Shown: piece by piece, positions 37,939-51,001 of the stretch | Numbering within the stretch: position 1 is the first letter of the stretch | Layout: the number at the start of each line of letters is the position of its first letter | From: Lepidodermella squamata | Taxonomy: Eukaryota > Animalia > Gastrotricha | DNA length: 64,000 nucleotides | Assembly: GCA_047495785.1 (NCBI GenBank) | Contig: JBLDXI010000007.1 | Coordinates: 2,666,001 to 2,730,000, forward strand | Direction of reading: 5' to 3' | Notes under the pieces: generated by a model | Databases searched by the model: none | Told to the model about the DNA's origin: nothing | The model's input: the letters and a program-made list of their open reading frames with translations, nothing else | Made by a program: the position numbers and the translations under genes

Positions 37939-40900
37939 ATGCATTACATAATTTCGTTAACCCTTGCGTTGGTCGTATCAGAGGGCAGTGTCATTGCTGC
38001 CCCCCGCCATGAACATCTTATCGGCTATTGGCCTTTAGACGATGAGAATGGCATCACTAAGCAGCCAAACAAAACTGTCAATGTGCTCATCAACGGAACA
38101 GGAGCGCAGCTGCAAGAAGCTGTAAATGGCCCGTTTGAGGTACCATTTACATCTTACACGGTGAAGCCGAATGGCGCGAATTTCATCCTTCATGATACCG
38201 TTGATTTCTTCGACAGTTTCACCATCGCTATGTTTCTGAATTTCGACTCCTCGCTGCAAATCAAGCGTGGAGTATTCGAACAGCGAATTCGAAACTCTGG
38301 AAACACGGCTGATATCAATTACTGCCGAATCTGTCTGATTTATTCGCCTGACGATCGCACGCTGAACTTGCATGCGAAGGATAGGAAGACATCAAAGGAT
38401 GTTGTAGTAAGTCGAGTACCAGTAAAAACTTCGGGTTGGTTCCATATAGCAGTAACATACGAGAAAAATCAAGGGATAGTCAATATCTATTACGACTGGA
38501 CTCTCTTCTCGCGTCTAACCAATACTCTTTTTGAGAATCCTATTCAGAAAAACAAAAATTCTGTCTTACTCGGAGCTGCTCTGGCCCCGGAAGAGTATCG
38601 TTTTGCGCCAAGTGACTCTATTGCTTGTGTCATGGTCTATGATTTCAATATGAATTACTTTGACCTCCAGCGGCTGAAACAGTTCTGCCGCACTGGGGGA
38701 GGAACGGATTATTTGGAATCATGGGTACCTAGGCCGTGGAATCTCTGGGGATTCTGGCCTCTAGACAATATTAATGCCACAAATGTGGCAGATTTCTCGC
38801 CGCCTACTGGTACGAATTGCAGACCTGCTATTCAGACAGATATCGGAGGTCTGTTCAAAGATTCGCCTTCGTCTGTTACAGTCATTAGAGATAATGCATG
38901 TATTGCTGAATCGACGGTCACTGGGGATAGGGCAACAAGTTCGTTCACCATCAGCTTCTTCGTCTATATTTTCGACAATACCATTGAGAGGACAGTCCTT
39001 GCTTTAAAGGGAGAAAGGCTTTCAGTTGCCTATCAGAATGGCAGGTTGGAATTGAACTCGAATGGCAAAACTGTGGACAAGGTAGCTATAACTGCTAAAC
39101 TATGGATGTTTTATGCGATATCCTATGATGGGAATAGTCAGAGATTGGCTCGTTTCTCAAAGGTGTCCGACTCGAAATTCTCCAGATCATTCATCACAAC
39201 TGACCCTGGAATAAAGAGCAACACATTCACCATTCAAATGGGCCAATCAATGGGCAAGAGCGATGCAGTAGCATGCGTCATGTTCTACGGAGATTTCTTG
39301 AATTTCTTCGAAATCGCCCAGTTGCCAGGTGTTTGCAAATCAAGGGGCCTGGAAGCTGTACCTGATCGACCTCCATCAATTGTTGATATCATCGCTTACA
39401 TGCCCCTTGATGAAGCTAGCAAAGATGGTGACAAAGCCATGGATATTGCATATGGTATCGAAAGTGGGGGTAAGGAGAAACCGATTTCAACAAATGGTCT
39501 TAACGGCCCGCAGACTGCAACCGGAGTCAATGATGATAACAAGTACGCGTATTACTTCGATCTCAAATACCCAACGTCGTTCACGTTCGCCTTCTATCAC
39601 AAAACCCCAGCGACTTCGGGTAGTGGCATGGTCACTATGCAGCATGCAAAAACTGCCGCAGCTGATGACCCAATATTCTCTGTTGAAACCGAGCCATCAG
39701 GTCTTTTAGCTTTGCGGATTTCAAATGACGACAGATCAAAATTTGCAGTCTTGCGTTCAATTGTGGCTGCGAAAAACTGGACGTTTTACGCCATAACCTA
39801 CGACAAGGTCAACAACCGGCTCGAACTTTACGCCGGCGACCCTCCTAGGCTTAGGGCTTCCTTCCTAAACGTGAATCTGCCCCTTACGGATATGATGCGT
39901 ACATACTTCGGCGGAAATCTGGATACACGTCTGAAAAAGACCGACGCAATGGCATGTGGAATTTTCTATCAGGGAATTTTGAATAACTGCGAAATTGTGG
40001 ATTTGCCGGAAATTTGCAGCGATCCTGAAAGATCGGTCGACAAAATGCCTGTTGACTTTACATGCAAAAGGGGCGGAGCTTGGCCCAGGCCCAACTATCT
40101 AGTAGGCTTCTGGCCTCTAGACAGCTATTGGAAGGCTAATGAAAGCGCGTATCAAAAATATCCCGACAGCGTAGCGAAATCTATTAATGCCAAGAAGGAT
40201 CAGTTTTCGAATGCTCATGGTGCAGTTGGTACAATTACGAATGCAACGCTGGCTTCAATCGAAAATATTCAACTGTCGACGAAATTTACCGTTTCGTTTT
40301 TCTACTACCGCGACGACCCTGATTCAAAGAAAAAGGGCGCAACCGACTCGCCTATTGTTGGCTTCAACAATGGCCTCAACATTTTCATGTCAAAGCCCGA
40401 GGACAAAACCTCTTATCAGCTAACTGTATATAAAGGCAATCCGATCGATGGTAGTTTAATATCAATGAGAGCTCCAGCCGTTGCCGCGACAACATGGAAC
40501 TTCTATGCGCTGACGTACGACAAATCCAAGCGAGAGTTGGAGATATTTTTTGATAGCGGCTCGAAAAAATTCCAGGAAGTTGACATCAAAGCTGGCGTCG
40601 CAGGAAATTCGATGAACATATCGGCCGCTTGTTTGCCGACTGGCTGCAAGGCTGAAAGTAATGGAGATAACGCCTACGCATGCCTCATGGTCTATAGCAC
40701 AGTACTTTCCCCGCAAGAAATCAGCCAGCTTAAATACGTTTGCTCTAGTAAGGGAAATGGAACTTTGGACAGTCCACAAATCATTGAAAGTGTCCTCTCG
40801 TATCAAGACATTCTAACCTTCCCACCTAATGATCAGTATACTGCGAACGTAATTTCAAAGTATAATGCGACTGATAATTCAACTTACCAGTCTTGGACGT

Positions 40901-43845
40901 ACTTCAATTTAGCCAAGCTCAATACGGGCCAGCTGACTAACCCTGGAAAGGGCAGGAATGTTGGAGCCATCAAGTCAGCCTCTAGCATGTCGACACCTGA
41001 CTGGAGAATCGAGCTTCAAGTGAGGATTGAGCCAACAAGAGGCGGAAGTATACAAGGGGTCGGCTATCTTCTTGCTTCGGCTGAAGATTTGGACAAATAT
41101 ATTCAAGACATGACTGGTCTAGCTGATGGCAGCGCTCCTTGGACATCATTCACAATGCTAAAAAGTGGGCGAAAGCCTGCGATAGCCTTCTTACAATTGA
41201 TCCCCATGGGCAATGGTGTCCGTCGACAGTTTGTTGAGTTGAAGAGAGTAGCCGCGAAATCTGAGTTTTCATACTTCGAATCTTCAGATGGCGATCATTG
41301 CAACTTTATTGATACTGACCTTATCAACGGCCTGAGAATTGTCGCCCAGTCTGTTGACAACGTGATGACTGTAGCTGTTTACTCAAAACTTCACCGTCTG
41401 CCTGGAGTGTGCTTGGACAACCTAGACATAACTGCATTCAATACTCTCATAAAAGGGGGCGATGTGAGGTTGGCTATCGTTGGATCTAACAGTCTTGCAA
41501 AAGGCTGGACGGGGTTTCATAAATTGTTCGTAGATGAAGTTACTCTATATTCGCTACAACAAGGCGTTGATCGAAAACGTAGGACGACCGCGGATCCGTT
41601 CGGGCCAGACACTGTTTTACTGCCTATTTCGAGCTGGCAGCCACAGTATGCAGGTCGTCTCTGCGATTATTCATTCGAGGATAGCAAACAATTTGGTAGG
41701 TGCTTTGAAGTCTTTCGAATTTCTATTATTTTTGTAATTTGTTTTAGCCGAAAACTGGATATCGGACAAACCTAACGTGCCTTCGTTGGCGGACCTTGCT
41801 GCTCCTGTGGCTGTGACTGTTGGGACTGATACAATTATTTTCTCAACAAAGCAACCTCTTCCAAGTTTTGCGAGTAACCTACGAATGGAGGTTGATTTGT
41901 CTGGCGTGCCAGCGTCCTTCAAATGGATAACAATCCTAATTTCAAATAATACAAATATCCGTTTCAACGAAGGTGGGTCAGTGCAAGACTGGAGAGGCTT
42001 TCGAATCACCATCAAAAGTACCGGGGATTTCAAATACGGCTACATCTATAGTGCAGCCTACCAATTGACCGGCCAAGACTCGACAATCTGTAAAGTCGAT
42101 GCCTCCAAAATCTCCAGCCCCTTCAAAATTGGCATTAACAATGTTCATGACCAAGTAACGGTAACTTTGAAGCTTGGAGAAGGCATCATGCCTCTGTATT
42201 GCATATCAAATTTTGATGTGACTGGCATTGCCCAAATGATAACTGCTGGGAATATGAAGATATTCATGGGCATTCAGCCAGCTACTTCAACTGCTGTAGA
42301 TAAAATAACGATCCAATCGTTCAAAGTTTTCAGCCTAAGTGACATTGCGCCCAACTCAAACTCGCCATGTAACTTTGCCCCTAATCTCTTAAAAAATTAG
42401 TTTCACTTTATTTTAAGGTCTGAATACCGAGACAACTACACCTGGCTCTACAACTACGTCCTTATCAACAACGGAGCCTCCAGAGCCAACGCCTCCAACC
42501 ACTCAGGAAGAAATAACGCAAAAACCCTTCTTTCCTTTTCCGAACCCCGGACGGGATATTTCTATCGACACACTTACAACTAATTCATCAGGCATCTTAG
42601 ATTCAATTTTCGGAATCACATCGACGATTGAAGCTATACGTAAGTGGTGTAACTCGAATGTGACCTCATATCTGATTATTTTTGCTCCATTAAGAGGAAG
42701 TCTTAAACCAGGGCCTACCAAATGACACTAGCTTCCTGCTGCCTTTTCTCCAAAACTTCTCCATCGACAGCATCATTGATGCTTGCAAGGACTTTGGACC
42801 TCTTCTCAGATCGCCGCCACGCTATAAAGATAAGCCAGTGAGTATTTCGATGCGTTTCAGTATTGATCGTTTTATGGGTATTGACGACGTGGCTCAAACT
42901 ATCAAAGTTTCTGGCCAGCTCTACACGATTTGGAGCATTCAGACCTGTTCAGTGCCGTTACCAGGCCGCTCTTTCGGCAGTACAAAGGCCGAGAGGGTCC
43001 TTGTTCCCGATTATGACGCCATATGGCATCCTAGTATAGGATTCCGTAATGGAGCTTATGATACAACGTTGAAGGGTGATGATTTCACTGACCGGCTTGA
43101 GTTTTTCAGTGTTGAAGTGAAGAACGGCTCTGAACACGACCAGAATGTGTTTTTCTATTGGAAGAAGCGCGGAATCTTCACGGCCGTCTGTCAGCTCGAC
43201 CTGCACCAATTTCCGGCCGATACTCAAAGCTGCCCGTTCCAGTTCACAATCCAAGAGCCTACAGATCTTCTCGTTATTGACTCTCTCGCAATGTATTTGG
43301 ATGAGGAATATCAACAAAAAGCGAAAATTACCGCAAATTGGAGGATTATCGGCAGTTCGTATCAAGTCGATAACGTCTCGTTGGACTTGAATGATATAAG
43401 CAGCCAGGCTACCTTTATTTTGAAGTTGAAAAGACGTCCGGAGTATTTCATCTACAACTTTCTTGGCCCGTGTTATGTTTTATCTCTGCTGTCAATCGCA
43501 GCCTTTTTCATCCCTCCTGACCAGTCAGATCGTGCTGTATTCAACGTTTACATGGTGTTGGCTTTCGCTGTAACTATGGGTCAAGTTGGTAACTATGTTC
43601 CCCAGACCCCGAATCAAATTCTGTTGGCGACTTATATTCAATGTCTGTGCTACCTTTGCATTTATGCTACCGTTTTCTCGATTTTCTTACTATGGCTTAC
43701 AACCACTTATCCTTCGACTATCAAGTCGGAAAGCGGGAAGTTTGTTACAACTTCCAAGATCTTTAATTGGGTCGGCCTTGCGATTTTCATAGCAGGCTTT
43801 GTTGGGGTATCAGTTTACGCTCGAAATATGTTTTCTTTTGCTTGA
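37939..43845 (+). CDS. Giant multi-lectin-domain Cys-loop ion channel, paralogue 2, ~1916 aa; exons 37939-41695, 41748-42368, 42418-42639, 42695-43845
   Basis: Signal peptide; four GYWP/GFWP-type LamG-like repeats; DWRIE L-lectin-like domain; RKRR; second domain; T/P stalk; Cys-loop CQLDLHQFPADTQSC; LKRRPEYF..N...P and M1-M4; three phase-1 introns splice in frame. Confidence 0.92.
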
Positions 43846-44172
43846 ATGGCTGAAAACTGATTTGTTGTGAAATATGTTGTTCCATAGGTAAGTGTTACCT
43901 TTAATTTAAACTCGAAAACGAATTTAAATAGGCCTGTGAAATGAATCATATGACGTACATATCTACGTCACACGTATATTCAATGAACAAGTTTTGGCAT
44001 CAGTTTCGTTTTCATAAAATTGTTATTTTCATCGTAATTGAATTTTCCGAATAAAAATAGCATGTGTAAATATCTGAAAAATAATCCTAATATCCGGCGT
44101 TGAGTCTGAAACATATGGCTGGCAACCGCTCTATTCATTCAGCAGCTACTGCCAGCGAGTATTTATTAAAAA

Positions 44173-47100
44173 ATGAATTTGAAGCTCTACTGTGCCGCTA
44201 TTCTTATCTCCTTGAGTTGGAGACTGGCAGCAGCTATTCCTCATCAAGAAGACTTACTTGGCTATTGGCCTTTTGATGAGGAGAATGGCGATAAAGCTGT
44301 TGCTGGCACGCCACTGCCCAATGCAACGTTTGATTGCGCTTATGCAGTCCAGGAGGCTTACAATGGTCCGTTCGACGAGCCGTATTCCTCAATAACTACA
44401 CAAGGTGAAACTGGCAAATGCATCTTGCAAAACCAAATCGGAATAGCTAGCAGTTTCACATTTTCGATATACGCGCATTTCAGCGAAGGAGCGGATGGTG
44501 GCAAGTTTGATTTTTTCGAACAGCGGATCAACAAGCAGTCGAATGGTCAACGGAATTCTCGGCTTGGAGTCTACTTCATGCCGCCGCATCTCCTTGTTAT
44601 CGACGGCACGGGTCTTACCTTGGCTAAAGTTTCTATCTCTCTAAATAAATGGAGCCACTTTGCGATGACGTATGACTCGCAGTCGAAGGTTCTGCTGGTT
44701 TACGTCGATTGGCTCTTTGCTGCCAGAAAAACTGAGGTGAATCTTGTGGCACTGGACGCATCTTACGTGAATACAATCGTTTTGGGTAGCGCGGGAAAAA
44801 ATAATAACTTTCGCAACACGGATGCTTTATCATGCGCCATGCTGTTCAAAATCGTCATTGGATACTTCGACCTGCTACGACTAGGGCAATTTTGTAAAAC
44901 AAAAAGTGAGAGTTATTCGGAGGTTCAAGTGCCCGCCCCTTTCCACCTGGTCGGGTTTTGGCCAATGGATAAGAACAACATGACTACGAATCTTGTTGAC
45001 TTCTCCCCTTATGCCGATCCTGCCTGCCGTGCCGCTGAGCGAACAAATTTACTTGTTCCCTTTGGCATATCGTCCTCGCTCATTGTAAGAACGCCGAGTA
45101 AGTGCATTGCGAAAGCCAAGGTCATAACATCTGCGCCATCGGCTTTCTCGCTGAGTTTTTACGTTTACTTGAATAGAATTTGGCTATCGACAAGGATATT
45201 GTTCACATTCAAACAAGCAGGCGGCTATAGCTTCAAGATAGAATCTGCGAATGATAATATGAAAGCTTATACAGTTTCGATTCTCGACAAAACCATCTAC
45301 AGCGATCTACCTATGGAAAAATGGGTTTTTGTTGCGATAACGCATGACGGCAGTAATTACATAACAGCCTATATAATGCCCAAAGGCTCTAGCTTTTCAC
45401 GACTGACATTCAAGCTAAAGCCAGATTTTGTGAAAGGGCAAGGTGTTGACATAGAAATGGGTGCCCTCGAACAGGACGATGCCATGGCATGTGTAATGTT
45501 TTATAACACCGAGCTTAATTTCTTCGAGATCAATCAGCTTCCAACTGTATGCAAATCAAAGGGAAGTCAGGTCTTACCGAACCGCCCACCAAAACTGCGA
45601 GACATGGCCCGCTTCTGGCCGTATGATACTATTAACAGGGATGTGGATATTGCTTATGGATATGCAGCGGATAATCAAGGCAACAATATTCAGTTCCGTG
45701 ATGGTCCCCACGCGTCGATAAAAGCAGTTAGCACATCATCTGCTGCTACTAGCCAAATTTACCAATATTCAGGGGTCCTGTTAAAAACCTCCTTCACCTT
45801 TTCAATCTACCACTTGACCACTGGCGAAAGTGGGATACTAAAGTTCATGGATAAAATGGCAAGCAATTCGATTTTTTCGATTGAAATCAGCGCACCCAAG
45901 AGTTTGGTGCTTCGGCAGCTTCAAACTTCTCCTGTTGCAGCGCTGCCTCTCGATACAATTGGCAAGTGGACTTTCTACACGTTTTCCTTTGACCAAGATA
46001 CGAAGCAGCTCTCTGTTTACATTGGCGACCCGCCAAAGTTGAAAGCAATCATGCTCGATACGAAAATTAATTTCGAAAATGTCGCACAGTTGATCGCTGG
46101 CAGTAAATTTAGCAAAACCGATGCAATGGCATGTTTAATGATTTATTCGCGTGTTCTGTCAAATAGCGAAGTCGCCGATTTGCCCAAGTTCTGTGAGAAA
46201 CGAGAGAATTACGTCGATAGCAGGTCGGACGACCAAACATGCTCACTCTGCGGACCATGGCCCAGGCCGAATTATCTCGTTGGATTCTGGCCTTTTGATT
46301 CCCGAAGCAAAACAGATGATCTTGGCTATGGCAGAGTTGCTGACGAGCAACATGTTTCAGCAACCGACAGATATGGCCAGTATGGACAGTTGAATGCAGC
46401 TGTATCAGCATCGAAGAATAATCTGTTGGCTAAGTACAACAACGTTCATCTAGCAACCAAATTTACAATTGCGTTCTCATATTTCCGATTTGAACAAAGT
46501 CCAAACGGTCCTGTTAGTGACAATGCCCCAATTTTCAATTTGGATGTTGGCCTCAGCGTATTCTATTTAAATACGATCGAATTGCGTGTGATTGCCGGAT
46601 TATCAGGCGATTATAAGGTACCAGCCGCTGATATGCTAACCTGGGGTTTTTACGCTATTACGTACGACAAGTCCACTCGCGAGTTGGAAATTTATTACTA
46701 CAATGCGACCAAGTCGACGAAATTTGCCAAGGTCGACATCAAAACTGGCGCCCAAAACACGCTCACAGTTGGTTATGCATGCACTCAGCCGAAACAATGT
46801 TTTACTGAACCCAACGGAGGCAATTGCTTCTCATGCCACATGGTCTATAGTGCTGTGCTGACTAAGGCTGAAATACTTCAACTGCAAACAGCATGTGGGA
46901 CAAGGAACGAGGGCAACTTTACGCTTTACGATTCGGAAGAGAAGCCTCTAACCTATGAGGATATTTTACCTTTGCCGGCGAGTTGGACAACGGAGCTTGT
47001 CATAGCTTGCAACGCTTCTGATATAACTTCCGGCGCGAATTGGAAATCAGTGAGCAGGGCAAGGCTAGATACAGGCCAACTCACCAATCCGAAAAGTGGG

Positions 47101-50100
47101 CGTAATCTGGCAGCGATGAAAACTACAGGCCAACTATCGAGTTCTGATTGGAGGATCGAGTTCCAAGTGAGGATAGATCCCAGCTACTCAGAAAATAGCC
47201 CGGCAATAGGTTTGCTTATAGCGGAGGAAAATGATATTGACCATCTGATCTCTGACTTTGCCGAGGCTTCTGATGCCGGGCATAATCAAATCAAGGATCT
47301 CCTCAACAGTGGAGATTTTCCGGGTTTCACGATCTTGCAAATGGTACCAACTGGCACGGGTTTACGACGTCAACATGTCGAGTTGAGAGGTGACCAATCT
47401 GATGCGATACTAGCAAGGAACGAGGAAAGCCAGGGCGATCATTGCGCGTTTTCCATCTCAGATCTTGCTAGGGGTGTTCGGTTTGTTCTTCAATCAGTCG
47501 GAAACATTCTAACGGTTGCTGCGTATTCAAATCTTCATCGATTGCCTGGTGTCTGCTTCGATAACATAAACATCAAAGCTTTGAACTCTCTGGTAACAAA
47601 CCAGGTTGTGAAGATCGCTATTGTTGGATCAAATAGCTTGGTAGCAACTTGGAAATCTAAACCAGCTCTATATGTCGATTATGTAGCCGTTTATAAACTC
47701 GAGTTGAAGCAAAGGAAACGCCGCGAGGCCACGTTAGATTTAACGCAGGCAGATGTTTCCTTGTTGCCGATGCCCAGTTATACACCCAACTATGCCACGT
47801 TCCTGTGCCATCTCTCATTTCAAGATTGTGGAACCTTTTGTGAGTTATGCTTTCTCTATTCAAGTTATTGATCGTTTATTATTTGATAACATAGCTACAG
47901 AATGGGATTCAAATGGCTACACTACGACTTGTCCATTGGATCAATCACCAAATGATCAACCTTTTGCCTTAGCGCTTTCGAATACTGCCGTTAAACTGTC
48001 GACCCTGCAAAGCATACCAGCATTTGCGCTTAACTGGCGTATTGAAGCAGAGTTTTCGGGACTCCAATCCGTTAGCCAACTTGCTATAGTGATTTCGGAT
48101 AAAGACTTCGCTGGAAGTTCGCTTGGTGACGATGGGAAAGTTCCAGATATGAATGGATTTCGGATATCGATAAGTGGGAATGGGAATTTCACCTACGGTT
48201 TCCGCTTTACTAATACCTGGAACACATTAACATCAACGAACTGCCAAGTGGATGCCTCGGAAATCGAGCGACCATTCTCGATTGGGTTCCACAATGCTTA
48301 CGATCAAATTACGGCTACGCTGATGCTAGAAGGCCGGGCCGTGTCTTTGTCCTGTTTTACTAACTACGACGTTACTGGTTTAGCACAAATAGTATCCACC
48401 GGCAATGCTAAAGTTTACATCGTTGCAAAGCCAACAGCAACCCCCTCTTCAACGATTACGATGAAGTCAGTGAAGTTTTTTGTATTAAATCAATCTTATT
48501 CAGCTCCAGAGCCATGTATGTTTATCCATTGATTTCGAGAACATTTCAGTGTAGCAAATTATGCAATTTAAGGTTCGCCAACAACAACTTCGACAAGCAC
48601 AGTTTCGACGACAGCTTCATCTTCGACAAGCGGGTCAACTATCAGCTCGAGTTCTTCGACAACTACGACATCGTTATACACGGCATCAACCCAAAGCCCT
48701 ACAGCCACCACGTCGACATCTGCGGTTTCTTCTTCTTCAAATTCCACGGAATCAACACCAACTTCTTACACAACTTCTACGAGTAGCGAAACAATTTCAA
48801 CATCTCAGACTCCTGAGCCAGCAGAAAACGCCGAGGAAGAGGTTTACATTTCAACAAGCTCCACACCTACCACTTCGATAACAACCGAAACCTCAACCAC
48901 TGGAACGTCTAAGTTACTTTCTACTGAAAAATCTGCCGACCCGGAGCAAGCTGTCATGGCGGCTTCAACGGCGTCTGAGACGATAGCTTCGTCTACATTT
49001 TCACCATCCTCAACAACCACTTCGACGGAGACGAGCCAAACCCCTCCAGAAGCAGGCGAAATAAGCAAGACGACGATATCATCCTTTATAAAAAATCTAG
49101 CTTCGCTTATCAAGCAGAATACGACAAAGGAGAACATTCGTAAGTACTCATCATTCCTTTTTGAATCGTTCTCCAAGCCGATTGTGATTTTTGTAGAAAA
49201 TTTGTTCAATAACAAGCCGCCATCCGACAGTTCGCCCCCATTCAACAACATCACTGCTAGCGACATTGTGGATGCTTGCAATGGCAGCATGGCAGCGGCG
49301 ATTCGATCGCCACCCCGTTACAAAGATAATCCATTGAATGTTCGCATGAATTTCAGCATCGATCGTTTTATGGGTATAGACGATATTGCGCAAACAATAA
49401 CTGTCTCAGGTCAGTTGTATACTACATGGTCCATCCAGTCGTGCCCACCGCTACTCAAGGGTTCATCTGACAACGGCTTGAAATTAGAAAGAGTTCTGGT
49501 ACCGACGCTTGAAGAATTTTGGCTTCCGAGCGTTACTTTCCGAAACGGAGCCTCGAAAATCTCGCTGAGAGGCGATCAATTTACAGATCGCATGGAACTT
49601 GTGGCTCTTGAGTTGGAAGGCAGCAACAATCAGACTTTGTCACACCGGGAGGTTTTCTTTTACTGGAAAAAGCGGGGCATTTTCACCGCTGCTTGTCAAC
49701 TCGACCTCCATGAATTCCCAGCTGATACTCAGAACTGCAAATTCCAGTTCACGCTGCAAGAGCCCAATGATCTCGTCGCAATCACCGGGCTAGACATGTA
49801 CATCAACGAGGAATATCAAAAGCAAGCAAAATTTACAGCGAATTGGCGGATTCTCGGTGGTTCTCATACCATCGAAAATGTCTCTTTAGACATGAGTGAT
49901 TGGAACAGCCAGGCTAACTTTATTCTTCAGTTGAAGCGCCGACCTGAATACTACGTACAGAATCTTCTTGGTCCTTGCTATATTCTCACTCTGTTATCTA
50001 CAGCCTCGTTTGCTATCCCTCCACAACACGCCGAGCGAACTGTTTTCAACGTTTACATGGTACTAGCTTTTGCTGTAACAATGGGCCAAGTTGGGAAATA

Positions 50101-50344
50101 CGTACCTGAGACGCCGCAGTATGTCATGCTTGCAAGCTATATTCGGGCCCTATGCTGCTTATGCATTTTCGCGACGATTTTCTCGGTGTTTCTCTTGTGG
50201 CTGGTCACGAGTCAGCAGTGGGCTATGTATAAGCCTCGTAAATGCAGATTTCTTACACCTTTTAGGATGATTAACATAGCGGGTGGCGTCGTATTCCTGG
50301 TTGCATTCATTGGCATCTCGCTGTCTGCTCGCGAAATGTTCTAA
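44173..50344 (+). CDS. Giant multi-lectin-domain Cys-loop ion channel, paralogue 3, ~2000 aa; exons 44173-47839, 47895-48515, 48573-49139, 49197-50344
   Basis: Same architecture and intron positions as paralogue 2; RKRR; long S/T stalk; Cys-loop CQLDLHEFPADTQNC; four TMs. Confidence 0.92.
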
Positions 50345-51001
50345 ACCATGTTGTTCTGGAGCTATTGGTCAGAAATTTTTTGCGTTTTTATTCCATCGAC
50401 TAATAGCTGTGAAAGCCTATATAGAATTCTGAACTTTTTTGGTGTATCTTAATAGAATTATCTTAAATCGACTTTTAAGCCTTACATTCGAAATGACAAT
50501 TCGAATATCATAACGCATATACCGATTGCGCTGTGCGTTAATCGTGTTGATGATTATCCTCGTAAATCTATCCATTCTCAGAAAAAAAGTTAACTAATTT
50601 CTAAAAAATTGTAAAATTCGTGACTTTCTATCAATAAAGATTTTTCCTGCAAACCAAATCGTTATTTGATTCACAGTCCATAGACAACTTTACATGACCG
50701 CCGGCTTGCTTCGAAGGGTTTTCAACATTAATTTTTCTGAGCCTATTTACTTTCGTGTTTATAAATTTTTATATTGCTCGATGACGCGATAGTTTTCGAA
50801 TTTAATTCGCAGTTAAAGGGCTGATTTTACAAACGTGCAGCTATGTGTCGTGGATTAAATGTTATGATTTATAATGAAAATCTCGACGCTTACGCAAATA
50901 ACAGTGCGAGAAGGAAGCGGATATTCGACAGTGTGAGAGTTCAGGTGAGCTTCTCATTGACATTATTCTACTGCCTGGCCAGTTTCTGACTAGCTTCTGC
51001 G

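Noticed and set aside
43951-43970. Near-palindrome tgacgtacatatctacgtca (CRE-like half sites) upstream of paralogue 3
   Set aside because: Single short occurrence, not seen upstream of the other paralogues; could be chance.
49140-49196. Coding read-through 'RKYSSFLFESFSKPIVIFVE' in ORF 48956-50344
   Set aside because: A 57-nt in-frame GTAAGT..TAG intron at the same position as the introns in paralogues 2 and 4; treated as an intron.
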